Positions 30,434 to 39,675 of a stretch of 64,000 nucleotides of DNA are shown here, one piece after another. The number at the start of each line of letters is the position of its first letter. Position 1 is the first letter of the stretch. Below the pieces are notes generated by a model. The model had not been told where the DNA came from. It made no database searches and worked only from the letters and a program-made list of their open reading frames with translations. Source of the stretch: a virus; the IMG/VR virus record IMGVR_UViG_3300035670_000038, positions 1-64,000 of that record; one strand, 5' to 3'. Position numbers and translations under genes: made by a program.

Positions 30434-30552
30434 GGCACCGCAGTTGGTCGGGACAACGATAGTATGACACGGGCGCTACCCGAGGTTACAAGCATACTAT
30501 GCTAGCCAAGGACTAGGTGAGAGCCTAGATGGGTTCGAATCCCACGGTGCCA
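30434..30552 (+). ncRNA. tRNA-like structured RNA (non-canonical, 119 nt)
   Basis: GGCACCG/CGGTGCC terminal stem, GTTG/CAAC D-like arm, 8-bp ATAGTATG/CATACTAT stem, CTAGG/CCTAG hairpin, TGGG-TTCGAAT-CCCA T arm. Confidence 0.7.
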
Positions 30553-30566
30553 CTAACGAGGTCACT

Positions 30567-31151
30567 ATGGCATTACAGGGTTATACAGTAGAACACATTT
30601 CATTTTCAGAAACAGTCAGAAACTTTCTTCGTCGCTGGCATTATTCTGATTATGTGAATATCCAAGAAAAAGAAACATTTGGATTATTCCGTGAAGGAAC
30701 GTTCTTGCCAGAACTGGTGGGTGTTTGTATTTATACCCGTCCTGCAGGGGCTGCGGCGGCACAAAAGTATTATCCAAAAGACCCCGATAAGTGTTTAGAA
30801 CTTCGACGTTTGTGTTTGATTGATGATACGCCGAAGAACGCTGAGAGTTTCTTTGTGAGTAGAACACTAAAGTGGTTAAAAAAGAATAGTGAGTGGGAAT
30901 TCATAATTAGTTATGCTGACCCAAACCACGGTCATAAAGGAACTATTTACAGAGCAGCAAATTTCAAGTATGGGGGATTGACTTCTCCTGGTAATACCCT
31001 TATTGTTGATGGTAAGAGTTTTCATCCACGAACCCTCACGATGTTAGACCGTCCCTATGGTGTCGAAATCAACAATCGATATAAGCGTGGTGACCCTGGG
31101 GTACAATTAATTAAAACTGAACCGAAACACATTTACACATATCAATTATGA
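30567..31151 (+). CDS. Mom-like GNAT-fold DNA modification protein
   Basis: WHYS, ELRRL, KNAESFF, ISYADP..GHKGTIYRAANF. Confidence 0.75.
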   Translation: MALQGYTVEHISFSETVRNFLRRWHYSDYVNIQEKETFGLFREGTFLPELVGVCIYTRPAGAAAAQKYYPKDPDKCLELRRLCLIDDTPKNAESFFVSRTLKWLKKNSEWEFIISYADPNHGHKGTIYRAANFKYGGLTSPGNTLIVDGKSFHPRTLTMLDRPYGVEINNRYKRGDPGVQLIKTEPKHIYTYQL

Positions 31152-31243
31152 AAGCCGCAATCCTCACATTCTTATTCATCGCAGTTTCTATTAGTGTGGC
31201 AACATTTTATATTGCCAGATTTTTAGAACGTGATGATTTCTAA
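31148..31243 (+). CDS. Small single-TM protein (31 aa)
   Basis: ATGA overlap; MKAAILTFLFIAVSISVATFYIARFLERDDF. Confidence 0.5.
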   Translation: MKAAILTFLFIAVSISVATFYIARFLERDDF

Positions 31244-31244
31244 T

Positions 31245-31616
31245 ATGGATGACGAAAAGAAAAATCCAAATGCTCTCACATATGGAATAAGTCCAAGCGC
31301 ACCTGCCAGTATCAAACCTGTTGATATTGAGAAGTGGAAAGCGGTGGTGTCTCCTACATTTAAACATTATTTTACCGAAAGATATAATGAACTGGTAAAA
31401 GAATATGAAGAACTTGTACGAGATTACCAGATTAATCAAATGTTATACGAAAGTTCCATAGGTTTTAAGCCGATTATCGGTCAAACTTATTACTTATATA
31501 AGAAGGACAACGGCACCGCATTTATCTCAATAGTATCACCAGACGAATCCTTTTGGGGTGGATATGTTGGAGCATTCAAATTTAATGCGCAATACGCGTG
31601 GGAAGAGGTTCTATGA
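31245..31616 (+). CDS. DUF2452-like protein
   Basis: YG..PSAP, FKPIIGQTYYLY, SPDE. Confidence 0.6.
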   Translation: MDDEKKNPNALTYGISPSAPASIKPVDIEKWKAVVSPTFKHYFTERYNELVKEYEELVRDYQINQMLYESSIGFKPIIGQTYYLYKKDNGTAFISIVSPDESFWGGYVGAFKFNAQYAWEEVL

Positions 31617-32467
31617 CGATAGACTATAGCAGAATAATCAACGCACAACAAGACGGGTACGATATCCAAGTCTACCAACAGATTAAGAAAGAACGTGGAT
31701 TCGTAAAAAAAGAATTCCCATATGGTAAACTTGTAGGTATGTACATACATACGTGGATGACAAAAGCGGATATGGAAGCAGATTATTTCGTTGATGAACG
31801 ATTATTAAATAACGTTGCGAATGAAGCAGAAAAAGCGGTTCCTACTATTTGGAAATCCATCACGAGTCTTGTTGATGTGTTTACCCCTATTGCATGTATA
31901 GACGGTAATGAGTTCTCTTGTCAACACGCAGCACGTGAATATCCGAACAGTTGGATTGTGATGGCACCTCTTACGGACGATCCCGTAATCAGCGTTCGTA
32001 ATATGTATCACGAAATGATTCATTGGAAATTTACAGCACTTGGTTTTGGTAAAGGATGTACACCGGAAGTATTTGATATGTTGCATACTACGGATGAATT
32101 TGTATTAAATCCAGTCACCGAACTTCACCATTCTATTGTCAATAGTTATAATGACACTGCTCAATCCGCTGTAGGACATAAAGCATCAGGCCGTCCTATT
32201 AGTGCATCTCTTCACGCGTATGGTTCATTCTTAGGTGAAGCAGAAGTTGCACTAAAGTTCGTACAGTACAATCCCCAAAAGTATTACAGTTGGATGGGAT
32301 ATGCAAAGAAGTGGGGTAGTAGACTAGATGAATCATTAGAAGCTATTATGAAAGGAACGAAGGCAACCGCAAAAGGTGCCCAACTTCTTCTTGGATTATA
32401 TCGATGGACAAAGGATTATCAAGAAGAATATAACGATACAATTAAAACACTATCTAAATTAATGTAA
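31613..32467 (+). CDS. HExxH-motif protein resembling aKG-HExxH peptide hydroxylases
   Basis: YHEMIHWK plus downstream RPISASLHAY. Confidence 0.55.
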   Translation: MTIDYSRIINAQQDGYDIQVYQQIKKERGFVKKEFPYGKLVGMYIHTWMTKADMEADYFVDERLLNNVANEAEKAVPTIWKSITSLVDVFTPIACIDGNEFSCQHAAREYPNSWIVMAPLTDDPVISVRNMYHEMIHWKFTALGFGKGCTPEVFDMLHTTDEFVLNPVTELHHSIVNSYNDTAQSAVGHKASGRPISASLHAYGSFLGEAEVALKFVQYNPQKYYSWMGYAKKWGSRLDESLEAIMKGTKATAKGAQLLLGLYRWTKDYQEEYNDTIKTLSKLM

Positions 32468-33072
32468 TGCATTCATTAACAGCATCTCTTCCACAACATT
32501 TATATGGTCGTGTTCGTCGTGAGTTTATTACGAACGGAATTGATACGGGAATAGATAATTGCATCATCCACGCAGTGTCGGTCAGACCTGCCCAAGCATT
32601 GACATTTTCTGTGTTACTAGAAAATGGTGCGCAATATCGTGGTGTTCCGATTCACGGACTCGTTATTGGACAAGACCCTATTAAAGCTACACCTTACGCA
32701 CTAGATTTACATAGTCATCAAGTGTGGGGATGTTTTGGTACTGAATTTAGTATAGTTGATATGACGTTTTCCAAAGGATTAAGTGCGGAATGGATAGACT
32801 CAAACGGAACTAAATTTACTGGTCGTGGATTAGGATGGTCTATAGAATTTCACGATGATGGATATTCTAACGCACCACAACAAGATAAGAGTTTTAATAT
32901 GTTGGTGTCGAATGAAGGATACTTGGCAGCAATGCCAAACAATCGTGTTCGATGGTGGGAAGATTCTTTTACTAACTGGAAATTACCAATTAAGTTAAAG
33001 GTCAATCACAAAACATATTATGTAGAAAAAATTGGAAATAATCCAGAGGAAACGGCTTTTGTTAAGGAGTAG
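32467..33072 (+). CDS. Conserved phage hypothetical protein
   Basis: 201-aa coupled ORF (LLENGAQY..VPIH, AAMPNNRV). Confidence 0.6.
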   Translation: MHSLTASLPQHLYGRVRREFITNGIDTGIDNCIIHAVSVRPAQALTFSVLLENGAQYRGVPIHGLVIGQDPIKATPYALDLHSHQVWGCFGTEFSIVDMTFSKGLSAEWIDSNGTKFTGRGLGWSIEFHDDGYSNAPQQDKSFNMLVSNEGYLAAMPNNRVRWWEDSFTNWKLPIKLKVNHKTYYVEKIGNNPEETAFVKE

Positions 33073-33075
33073 AAT

Positions 33076-33435
33076 ATGGGAATGTTTGATTATATAAAGT
33101 GCGAAGTCCAACTTCCAGGATATTCATTTATTACAGATGAAGAATTCCAAACAAAATCATTTGATAATTGTATGGACCATTATGTTTTAACTAAAAATGG
33201 TGAATTATATAGAGAAATTTGGGACCACGAATGGGTAGATAATCCAGAGTCACCAATCGGCGGTAGTTTCAAGAAAATAGAAGGTACTTATCGCAGGCAC
33301 TACTTGACAGACTTACACGGAGACATTATATTCTATAGTGATACACTTATAGACGGAAAACGATATGATTACTTCGCAAGGTTTACCGAAGGTAAGTTGT
33401 CACGAATGTGGACTAAGGAGTGGGACAGATGGTAA
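33076..33435 (+). CDS. Conserved phage hypothetical protein
   Basis: MGMFDYI..FQTKS..ARFTEGKL; AGGAG SD. Confidence 0.65.
   Translation: MGMFDYIKCEVQLPGYSFITDEEFQTKSFDNCMDHYVLTKNGELYREIWDHEWVDNPESPIGGSFKKIEGTYRRHYLTDLHGDIIFYSDTLIDGKRYDYFARFTEGKLSRMWTKEWDRW
33304..33332 (+). promoter_or_regulatory. Internal sigma70-type promoter
   Basis: TTGACA-17 nt-TATATT inside a CDS, upstream of the JmjC and clamp genes. Confidence 0.6.
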
Positions 33436-34097
33436 ATGATGAAGTATTTGAACGTATCTTAGAAAACAAAGAAAGGGCATTTGTTCTTACTAACTCCTGT
33501 GTACCAGAGCAAATACTTACGTGGACTGATGTAGAACGTTATCTAAATGATAATTCACACAATACAGAAATTACCATAATTGGTGATAACAAACAAAAGA
33601 AAGATGTATACAGAAGCACAGAAACTAGTGGTACTCCGTCCGAAACTATATTCGGTGAAATAAACAACGGTAGTTCTTTTATATTGAATTATATGGAACG
33701 ACATACAAAAGGTTTATTTTACGCATCAAATATGTGTTCACGTATTCATAATATGTACGTAACAACAAATATATACGGTGGATTAAAAAGTACTTCTAAA
33801 TCATTTTACACACATGCCGATTCACAGTATGTATTGATATTACAATTAGAAGGTGAATCGGATTGGACGGTTTATGGTGAGCAGTGGAATGGAAATCCAG
33901 ACGAAGTAGTATGTACAAATGACAGTATATTAACTGTTGATTTCCGATACACTTTACAATCTGGAGATGTGTGTTATATTCCATATAGACGGTATCACAA
34001 GTGTATACCGTTGAGTAAAAGATTATCGGCAAGTGTAAGTGCAGATTACAACACGGTAAGACCAGTAAATTATGGTGATTGGTTCAGTTTAAATTAA
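33429..34097 (+). CDS. JmjC/cupin 2OG oxygenase (RoxA/YcfD-like)
   Basis: HAD..VLILQLEG...W, LQSGDVCYIP..YH. Confidence 0.75.
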   Translation: MVNDEVFERILENKERAFVLTNSCVPEQILTWTDVERYLNDNSHNTEITIIGDNKQKKDVYRSTETSGTPSETIFGEINNGSSFILNYMERHTKGLFYASNMCSRIHNMYVTTNIYGGLKSTSKSFYTHADSQYVLILQLEGESDWTVYGEQWNGNPDEVVCTNDSILTVDFRYTLQSGDVCYIPYRRYHKCIPLSKRLSASVSADYNTVRPVNYGDWFSLN

Positions 34098-34117
34098 ACA
34101 ACAGAGGTTAAAAGGTT

Positions 34118-34837
34118 ATGGAAAAGTCAAAGTTAGAGCGGTTTATCGCCAAGTACAATCTCGGTGGTTCATGTGAGAGTGTTTTATGGAAGTCCGATGG
34201 TGACGATATCACCGTTAAGTGTATTTCCGATGACAAGAATGTTTTGGGCATCGTGACAGTCAAGGATGCAAAGTTGGATGAAGGTGACTATGGTATCTTT
34301 GATACAAAGCAACTTTCGTCAATGTTGTCTGTTCTTGGTGAAGGTATTGAGATTACGACCAAGAAGAACAATGGTAAGGTTTCCGCTATCCATCTTACCG
34401 ACAGTAATGCAAAGGTTGACTATGTGTTGGCAGATAGTGCGGTCATCCCCGCAGCACCAGATTTGAAGCAACTCCCATCATTCGATATTGAAATCAAACT
34501 TGACCAGAAGGTAATGAATACTTTCTTGAAGGCCAAGGGTGCTCTTTCCGATGTCGAAACCTTCACGGTCATTAGTGATGGTGATAAGGCACAAATCATT
34601 CTTGGTTATTCGGATATGAATACCAATCGTATTACCCTTGATGTCGAAACTTCCAAGAACGGTAAGTTAAACCCCACCAATTTCTCAGCTCGTTATTTGA
34701 AGGAAATCATCGCAGCAAATCGTGAAGCGGCGAGTGGTGTCCTGAAGGTCAGTTCGAAGGGATTGGCGTATGTCAAGTTCGGTGTCACCGACTATAACAC
34801 CGATTATTATCTCGTCCAAATTCAGACTGCTTCATAA
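34118..34837 (+). CDS. DNA sliding clamp (gp45/PCNA-like)
   Basis: 239 aa, two-domain beta/alpha pattern, GIFD..QL, YYLV ending; in operon with the clamp loader. Confidence 0.75.
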   Translation: MEKSKLERFIAKYNLGGSCESVLWKSDGDDITVKCISDDKNVLGIVTVKDAKLDEGDYGIFDTKQLSSMLSVLGEGIEITTKKNNGKVSAIHLTDSNAKVDYVLADSAVIPAAPDLKQLPSFDIEIKLDQKVMNTFLKAKGALSDVETFTVISDGDKAQIILGYSDMNTNRITLDVETSKNGKLNPTNFSARYLKEIIAANREAASGVLKVSSKGLAYVKFGVTDYNTDYYLVQIQTAS

Positions 34838-36273
34838 TGTCATTCTTTGAGTTTGACGATACACCAAAGCAGACAGCACCTAAACCCCCTTCGGCAAAGA
34901 AACCGCCGAAGGGTGGTGTTGTCTTAAATACCGCTGCCACGGATTTCTTTAGTGGTGAAGGGGCATCGTTTGACTTTGATGTAGAAAAGGTGAGATTCAA
35001 AGAGCATATGGATTTACTTAAAAGCCAAACAGTACAAGAAAGTACATTATATAAAAAGTGGAAAGAACTCTCTACAGATTATAATAATACAAAAGATATT
35101 CAAATGGCGCAAATCGTGCAAGCAAAGATTTGGCAGCCTACGGATATAATGAACAAGGATTTGACCATCCAAGAGGTCAGTGCGATTGACCCCGAAATTA
35201 TTATTGTAGAACCAGAAGATACGCAGTATTTTAATGATTGGAAATATATTCGAGTGTTTTGCCACACTATGGAATTTACTGCAAATGTTGGTCGGTTGAT
35301 TCGTGTATTGATTCGTGACCGTTCATCTGGAAAATATGTTGGAGCAGCATCACTTGGCTCCGATGTAGCATCAATCAATGTCAGAGACAACTGGATTGGC
35401 TGGTCAAGAGAAAATAAATTTGAACAGGGTTTGTTAAACTCTACTGCAATTTGTACAACTATAATTCCTACACAACCATTCGGATATAATTTTTTGGGTG
35501 GTAAGATGATTGCATCGTTACTTACCACAAAAGTCATCCGTGATGAATGGAAAAGAAAATTTGGTGATACTTTGGTTGGTGTTACTACAACATCACTTTA
35601 TGGTTCGCATAGTATGTACCAACGTATTCCATTTTGGAAGGAACTTGGGGTCACTGCAGGAAAGATTTCACTCAAACCAGATGACGATGTGTTTGAGAAA
35701 TGGGCAAATTATTTAAAAGTAAATCATTCCGAAGCGTTTGATAAATGCACAATTCCATACTTTGGTGATATTACACAAGATGGTGAAATGTGGGTATGCA
35801 CAGATGGCACTACAAAGATAACAGCATCATCACGTGACGAGTTAGTTTCTATACTAGAAAACGATAACTATTCTGTACATACCACTGGTGAAGTTTATGA
35901 TAAGAAGTGTAGATGCGGATCACCACCAACAGGTCCAAAACTACAGCAGATGTTACTTTTATATAAAATATTAGGTATCAAATCTAGTGATTACGAACAC
36001 GGATTCCAGCGTGGTGTCTATTTCGCACCACTTTATGAAAATACTCGTGAATATCTCCGTGGAGAAATCGGTGACGATAAACTAAAATTGTCAAGCCGAT
36101 TGACAAATGATGTGGAGAGTGTTATGTTATGGTGGAAGGAAAAAGCACTGAATCGGTATAATAACTTATTGGAAAGTGGAAGAATCAATCCTAATATTCT
36201 TTATTATCGTAAGATGGTGCAAATGACTTGGGATGAAGCCAAGAACACTTACTTGGGTGAGGTTGGACGATGA
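34837..36273 (+). CDS. DruA/DUF4338-like protein
   Basis: VGR, LGSD, RDNWIGW, PTQPFGYNFLGGK, TTTSLYG..SMY motifs. Confidence 0.65.
   Translation: MSFFEFDDTPKQTAPKPPSAKKPPKGGVVLNTAATDFFSGEGASFDFDVEKVRFKEHMDLLKSQTVQESTLYKKWKELSTDYNNTKDIQMAQIVQAKIWQPTDIMNKDLTIQEVSAIDPEIIIVEPEDTQYFNDWKYIRVFCHTMEFTANVGRLIRVLIRDRSSGKYVGAASLGSDVASINVRDNWIGWSRENKFEQGLLNSTAICTTIIPTQPFGYNFLGGKMIASLLTTKVIRDEWKRKFGDTLVGVTTTSLYGSHSMYQRIPFWKELGVTAGKISLKPDDDVFEKWANYLKVNHSEAFDKCTIPYFGDITQDGEMWVCTDGTTKITASSRDELVSILENDNYSVHTTGEVYDKKCRCGSPPTGPKLQQMLLLYKILGIKSSDYEHGFQRGVYFAPLYENTREYLRGEIGDDKLKLSSRLTNDVESVMLWWKEKALNRYNNLLESGRINPNILYYRKMVQMTWDEAKNTYLGEVGR
36100..36128 (+). promoter_or_regulatory. Possible internal sigma70-type promoter for the clamp loader
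   Basis: TTGACA-17 nt-TATGTT with TG before the -10 box. Confidence 0.5.
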
Positions 36274-37184
36274 CCGAAAATACACTCTGGGTCGAAAAAT
36301 ATAGACCAGACACATTAGAAAACTATATTGGTAATGATAATCTCAAAGCCAAGTTAGAGCAGTTTATCAAGAACCAAGACATTCCACATCTCTTGTTCTG
36401 TGGTACTGCGGGTACTGGTAAGACCACCGCTGCGAAGATATTGGTGAAGAACATCGAATGTGATTATCTTTTCATCAACGCATCCGACGAAAACTCTGTG
36501 GATACAATCAGAACAAAGATTAAGAACTTCGCAGCCACGATGAGTTTTAAACCGATGAAGATTATTGTTCTTGACGAGGCGGACTTCATTACTCCACAGG
36601 CACAGGCAGCACTTCGTAATCTAATGGAAGTGTTCAGTAAGAATACTCGTTTCATCTTGACTTGTAATTATGTGGAACGGATTATTGACCCACTTATCAG
36701 TCGGTCACAAGTGTTTAAACTCACTCCACCGTCCAAGAAGGAAGTGGCGGTGCATGTGATGAAGATTTTAGATACGGAAAATGTCTCCTACGAGAAGGGA
36801 ACCTTAGCAGCATTGGTCACCTCATATTATCCAGACATCCGTAGAATTCTAAACAACTCGCAACTCCAAGTGATTGACGGAAAGTTGCAGATTAATGTAG
36901 ACGAGATTATCGCTGGTGATTACAAGTTGCAAGTACTAGATGTATTGGCAAGTAATCTTCCACTAAAGGATAAGGTCAATGGTGTGAGACAGATTGTAGC
37001 AGATAGTAATGTAAAAGATTTTACAGAGTTATACAGAGTATTGTTCGACAAGGTGCAAGAGTATGCACCAACCAAAGTCCCCCAGAGTATCTTGGCAATC
37101 GCTGAGGGGCAATATCGGGATAGCTTCGTAGTTGATAAAGAGATTAATTTCGTAGCTACATTATATAACATTTTGAATAGTTGA
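36270..37184 (+). CDS. Clamp loader AAA+ subunit (RFC small / gp44-like)
   Basis: WVEKYRP, GTAGTGKTT, NASDE, LDEAD, SRS. Confidence 0.95.
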   Translation: MTENTLWVEKYRPDTLENYIGNDNLKAKLEQFIKNQDIPHLLFCGTAGTGKTTAAKILVKNIECDYLFINASDENSVDTIRTKIKNFAATMSFKPMKIIVLDEADFITPQAQAALRNLMEVFSKNTRFILTCNYVERIIDPLISRSQVFKLTPPSKKEVAVHVMKILDTENVSYEKGTLAALVTSYYPDIRRILNNSQLQVIDGKLQINVDEIIAGDYKLQVLDVLASNLPLKDKVNGVRQIVADSNVKDFTELYRVLFDKVQEYAPTKVPQSILAIAEGQYRDSFVVDKEINFVATLYNILNS

Positions 37185-37191
37185 GGAAGTT

Positions 37192-37497
37192 ATGGCACGA
37201 GACAAGTTTGGTGGTCCACCTCCGATGGCTCCGCAGATGAACGTAGATTTATCAAAGGCAGAGGATGTGGTATGTGAGAAGTGTGGAAACTATACCTTTG
37301 AGCAGGTAATGTTGATGAAGCGTATCTCCGCACTAGTATCTCCAACGGGAAAGGAAGCAATCGTTCCTATTCCAACCTTCGCATGTAATGCGTGTGGTTT
37401 CATCAATAAGCAATTCCTTCCAGTTCTTCCAAAGGGTCGGGAAGAGGAGCAGGTTGAAGAAGCACCAAGAAAGCCAATTTTAACCCTGGAGAAGTAA
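37192..37497 (+). CDS. Zinc-ribbon protein
   Basis: CEKC...CNAC. Confidence 0.65.
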   Translation: MARDKFGGPPPMAPQMNVDLSKAEDVVCEKCGNYTFEQVMLMKRISALVSPTGKEAIVPIPTFACNACGFINKQFLPVLPKGREEEQVEEAPRKPILTLEK

Positions 37498-37498
37498 T

Positions 37499-38068
37499 AT
37501 GGCAAATACACCATCACCTATGATGCCCCCTGCCACGGTTAATATGCGTGACGCTGGGATTTACTACCTCTGTGATGAGTTTAACACGAATGTCGCAAAG
37601 GATGTGGTGTCATGGATTATCGAAGCCAACTTAAACAAGACAAAGAAGTTTGACCACCTTACGTTGATGATTACCAGTTATGGTGGTGACCTCAGCGCAG
37701 CTTTTTCAATCATTGACGTTATGCGGGGAAGTAAGATTCCTGTACACACCGTTGGATTGGGATGTATCGCTTCGGCTGGATTGTTGACCTTTATCTCTGG
37801 TGCAAAGAAGAATCGTGTTATTACTCCTAACACCAGCATCTTGTCTCACCAGTGGTCGTGGGGTCAAGTTGGTAAGGAACATGAACTTATCGCTACGATG
37901 CGTGAATTCGAACTTACGACAATTCGTATGATTAATCATTACAAGAAGTGCACGGGATTGCCTGATAAGATGATTCGTGAACGACTTCTCCCACCGCAGG
38001 ATGTATGGCTTTCACCGCAGGAAGCACTGAAGTATAAGCTCTGTGACGCGGTGAGAGATATTAAGTGA
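37499..38068 (+). CDS. clpP: ClpP-like serine protease
   Basis: ITSYGG, IASAG (Ser), SHQ (His), QDVWLS..EA (Asp). Confidence 0.85.
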   Translation: MANTPSPMMPPATVNMRDAGIYYLCDEFNTNVAKDVVSWIIEANLNKTKKFDHLTLMITSYGGDLSAAFSIIDVMRGSKIPVHTVGLGCIASAGLLTFISGAKKNRVITPNTSILSHQWSWGQVGKEHELIATMREFELTTIRMINHYKKCTGLPDKMIRERLLPPQDVWLSPQEALKYKLCDAVRDIK

Positions 38069-38074
38069 GGTTAT

Positions 38075-38902
38075 ATGGAAGAACAGTTCGTTGATAAGTC
38101 CCGTGTCTCAGTCCGTGAAATCAGTAAGGCTGTGGCACGGGATTTTATCGAAAAACATCATTACACACATAAGTTCAGTTCCACACGATATGCCCTTGGG
38201 GTTTTTTATCGTGAGGAAACTGAGCATATGTTCTTTGCTGGTGACAACGAACAGTTAATCGGTTGTATGACCTATGGGCATCCTGTGAGTAATAGAACCG
38301 TAGATAGTATTGTGGATGATTTGGAATTGGACGAAGTGTTAGAATTAACCCGATTGGTGTGTTTAGATGGATATGGAAAGAATCTGGAAAGTTTTGTAAT
38401 TGCTCAGTCCTTTGATTGGATGAAGAAGAATGACCCAAAGGTAAAAGTCTTGGTCAGTTACGCAGACCCCGAACAAGCACATACGGGTGGTATCTATAGA
38501 GCAACCAATTGGATATATCAAGGCTGTGGATATTCCAAATTGATGCCAGATTTTAGTCTTAGACTCAACGAAGAAGATTTGTGGATACATTCACGAACTG
38601 TTGGAGCCAAGTTTGGAAATAAAAATGTAGAAAACTTGGCAAAAACAATCGGTCATACCTTCTGGAGAAAAGAAGAAACCGCGAAGCATCGGTATATTTA
38701 TTTTCTCTGTAATAAGAAAGAAAAGAAACGAATGATGAAGAATTTGAAAATTCCAGTTATTCCTTATAATGATATCAAAGAGTATGTCCAACTCATTCAG
38801 AAGGTACATGTGAAGGATGGAGTAATTGAGAAAATTGAAGTATTACAAGGTGTGGACAATGGATGGAAACCGCAAAAGGTAGAATTACAGGAGAAAATAT
38901 GA
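38075..38902 (+). CDS. Second Mom-like GNAT-fold DNA modification protein
   Basis: HHYTH, ELTRL, KNLES, VSYADP..HTGGIYRATNW, KHRY. Confidence 0.75.
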   Translation: MEEQFVDKSRVSVREISKAVARDFIEKHHYTHKFSSTRYALGVFYREETEHMFFAGDNEQLIGCMTYGHPVSNRTVDSIVDDLELDEVLELTRLVCLDGYGKNLESFVIAQSFDWMKKNDPKVKVLVSYADPEQAHTGGIYRATNWIYQGCGYSKLMPDFSLRLNEEDLWIHSRTVGAKFGNKNVENLAKTIGHTFWRKEETAKHRYIYFLCNKKEKKRMMKNLKIPVIPYNDIKEYVQLIQKVHVKDGVIEKIEVLQGVDNGWKPQKVELQEKI

Positions 38903-39675
38903 AAGTGATAGTTGTATCAACACCACGAACGTGTTCTAGTTATCTTTGTAACATTTTTGCAAAACGATTTGATTTGATAGATTATTCTGAATTATTTTCT
39001 GAGATGTGGGTAAAAGCTGACGTTAATACAAAAATGAAATTGGTTACACGGAGTGATAATTACACCGCAAAGATTACTAGTACGTCACTTACTACGTATC
39101 CACATGTATTTGATTACCAGACATTTCCTTGGGAAATATTTGACTATATCATTGTAACAGAACGATTGGATATTACCGCTCAAGCCGCTAGTTGGTTATT
39201 ATTGTCACACGCACAAATGAATGGTAAGGGTGACCAAAGATTATTGGTAGAGTATTTGGTAGATGGTATGCAGCATCCAGAAGATTTCCCAGAAGTTGAT
39301 AAAGGACTACTCCTAGGAATATTAAAAACAATTAATTACTTTTATGATTATATAAAGCCACATCTATTGAATTCTGGATTGAAATCTGTTAAGTTAGTAA
39401 ACCACGAAATGTTTCAGCAACAACCAGAAGAGTATATAGAAGAATTAAGAAACAAAACAGATATCTATTGGCGTATTGAAAATTTGGTTGATCAAGGTAA
39501 TCCTACTTATGTAGATTACACACCATATATTGAAACAAAGAATCTACGTCAAATTATAGAAGAGATGCAAAATGAGTTGAAGGGAATTCCTACACAAACA
39601 GAGGTATCAGATGCCCCCACGGAAGAAGCAAACAACGACAGACCAGATTCAACAGAAAACGAAGGGACTGTTTGA
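38899..39675 (+). CDS. Sulfotransferase-like protein
   Basis: N-terminal STPRTCSS PAPS-binding-like motif, ELF, ER...QAASW. Confidence 0.6.
   Translation: MKVIVVSTPRTCSSYLCNIFAKRFDLIDYSELFSEMWVKADVNTKMKLVTRSDNYTAKITSTSLTTYPHVFDYQTFPWEIFDYIIVTERLDITAQAASWLLLSHAQMNGKGDQRLLVEYLVDGMQHPEDFPEVDKGLLLGILKTINYFYDYIKPHLLNSGLKSVKLVNHEMFQQQPEEYIEELRNKTDIYWRIENLVDQGNPTYVDYTPYIETKNLRQIIEEMQNELKGIPTQTEVSDAPTEEANNDRPDSTENEGTV

Noticed and set aside
30434-30552. Canonical tRNA-Ser(GCT), tRNA-Sec or tmRNA
   Set aside because: The inner hairpin can show GCT but lacks U33 and the spacing is non-canonical; no TCA anticodon, no G3-U70, far too short for tmRNA
34837-36273. A complete Druantia defence system
   Set aside because: No DruE helicase or other dru genes nearby; the context is the replisome operon
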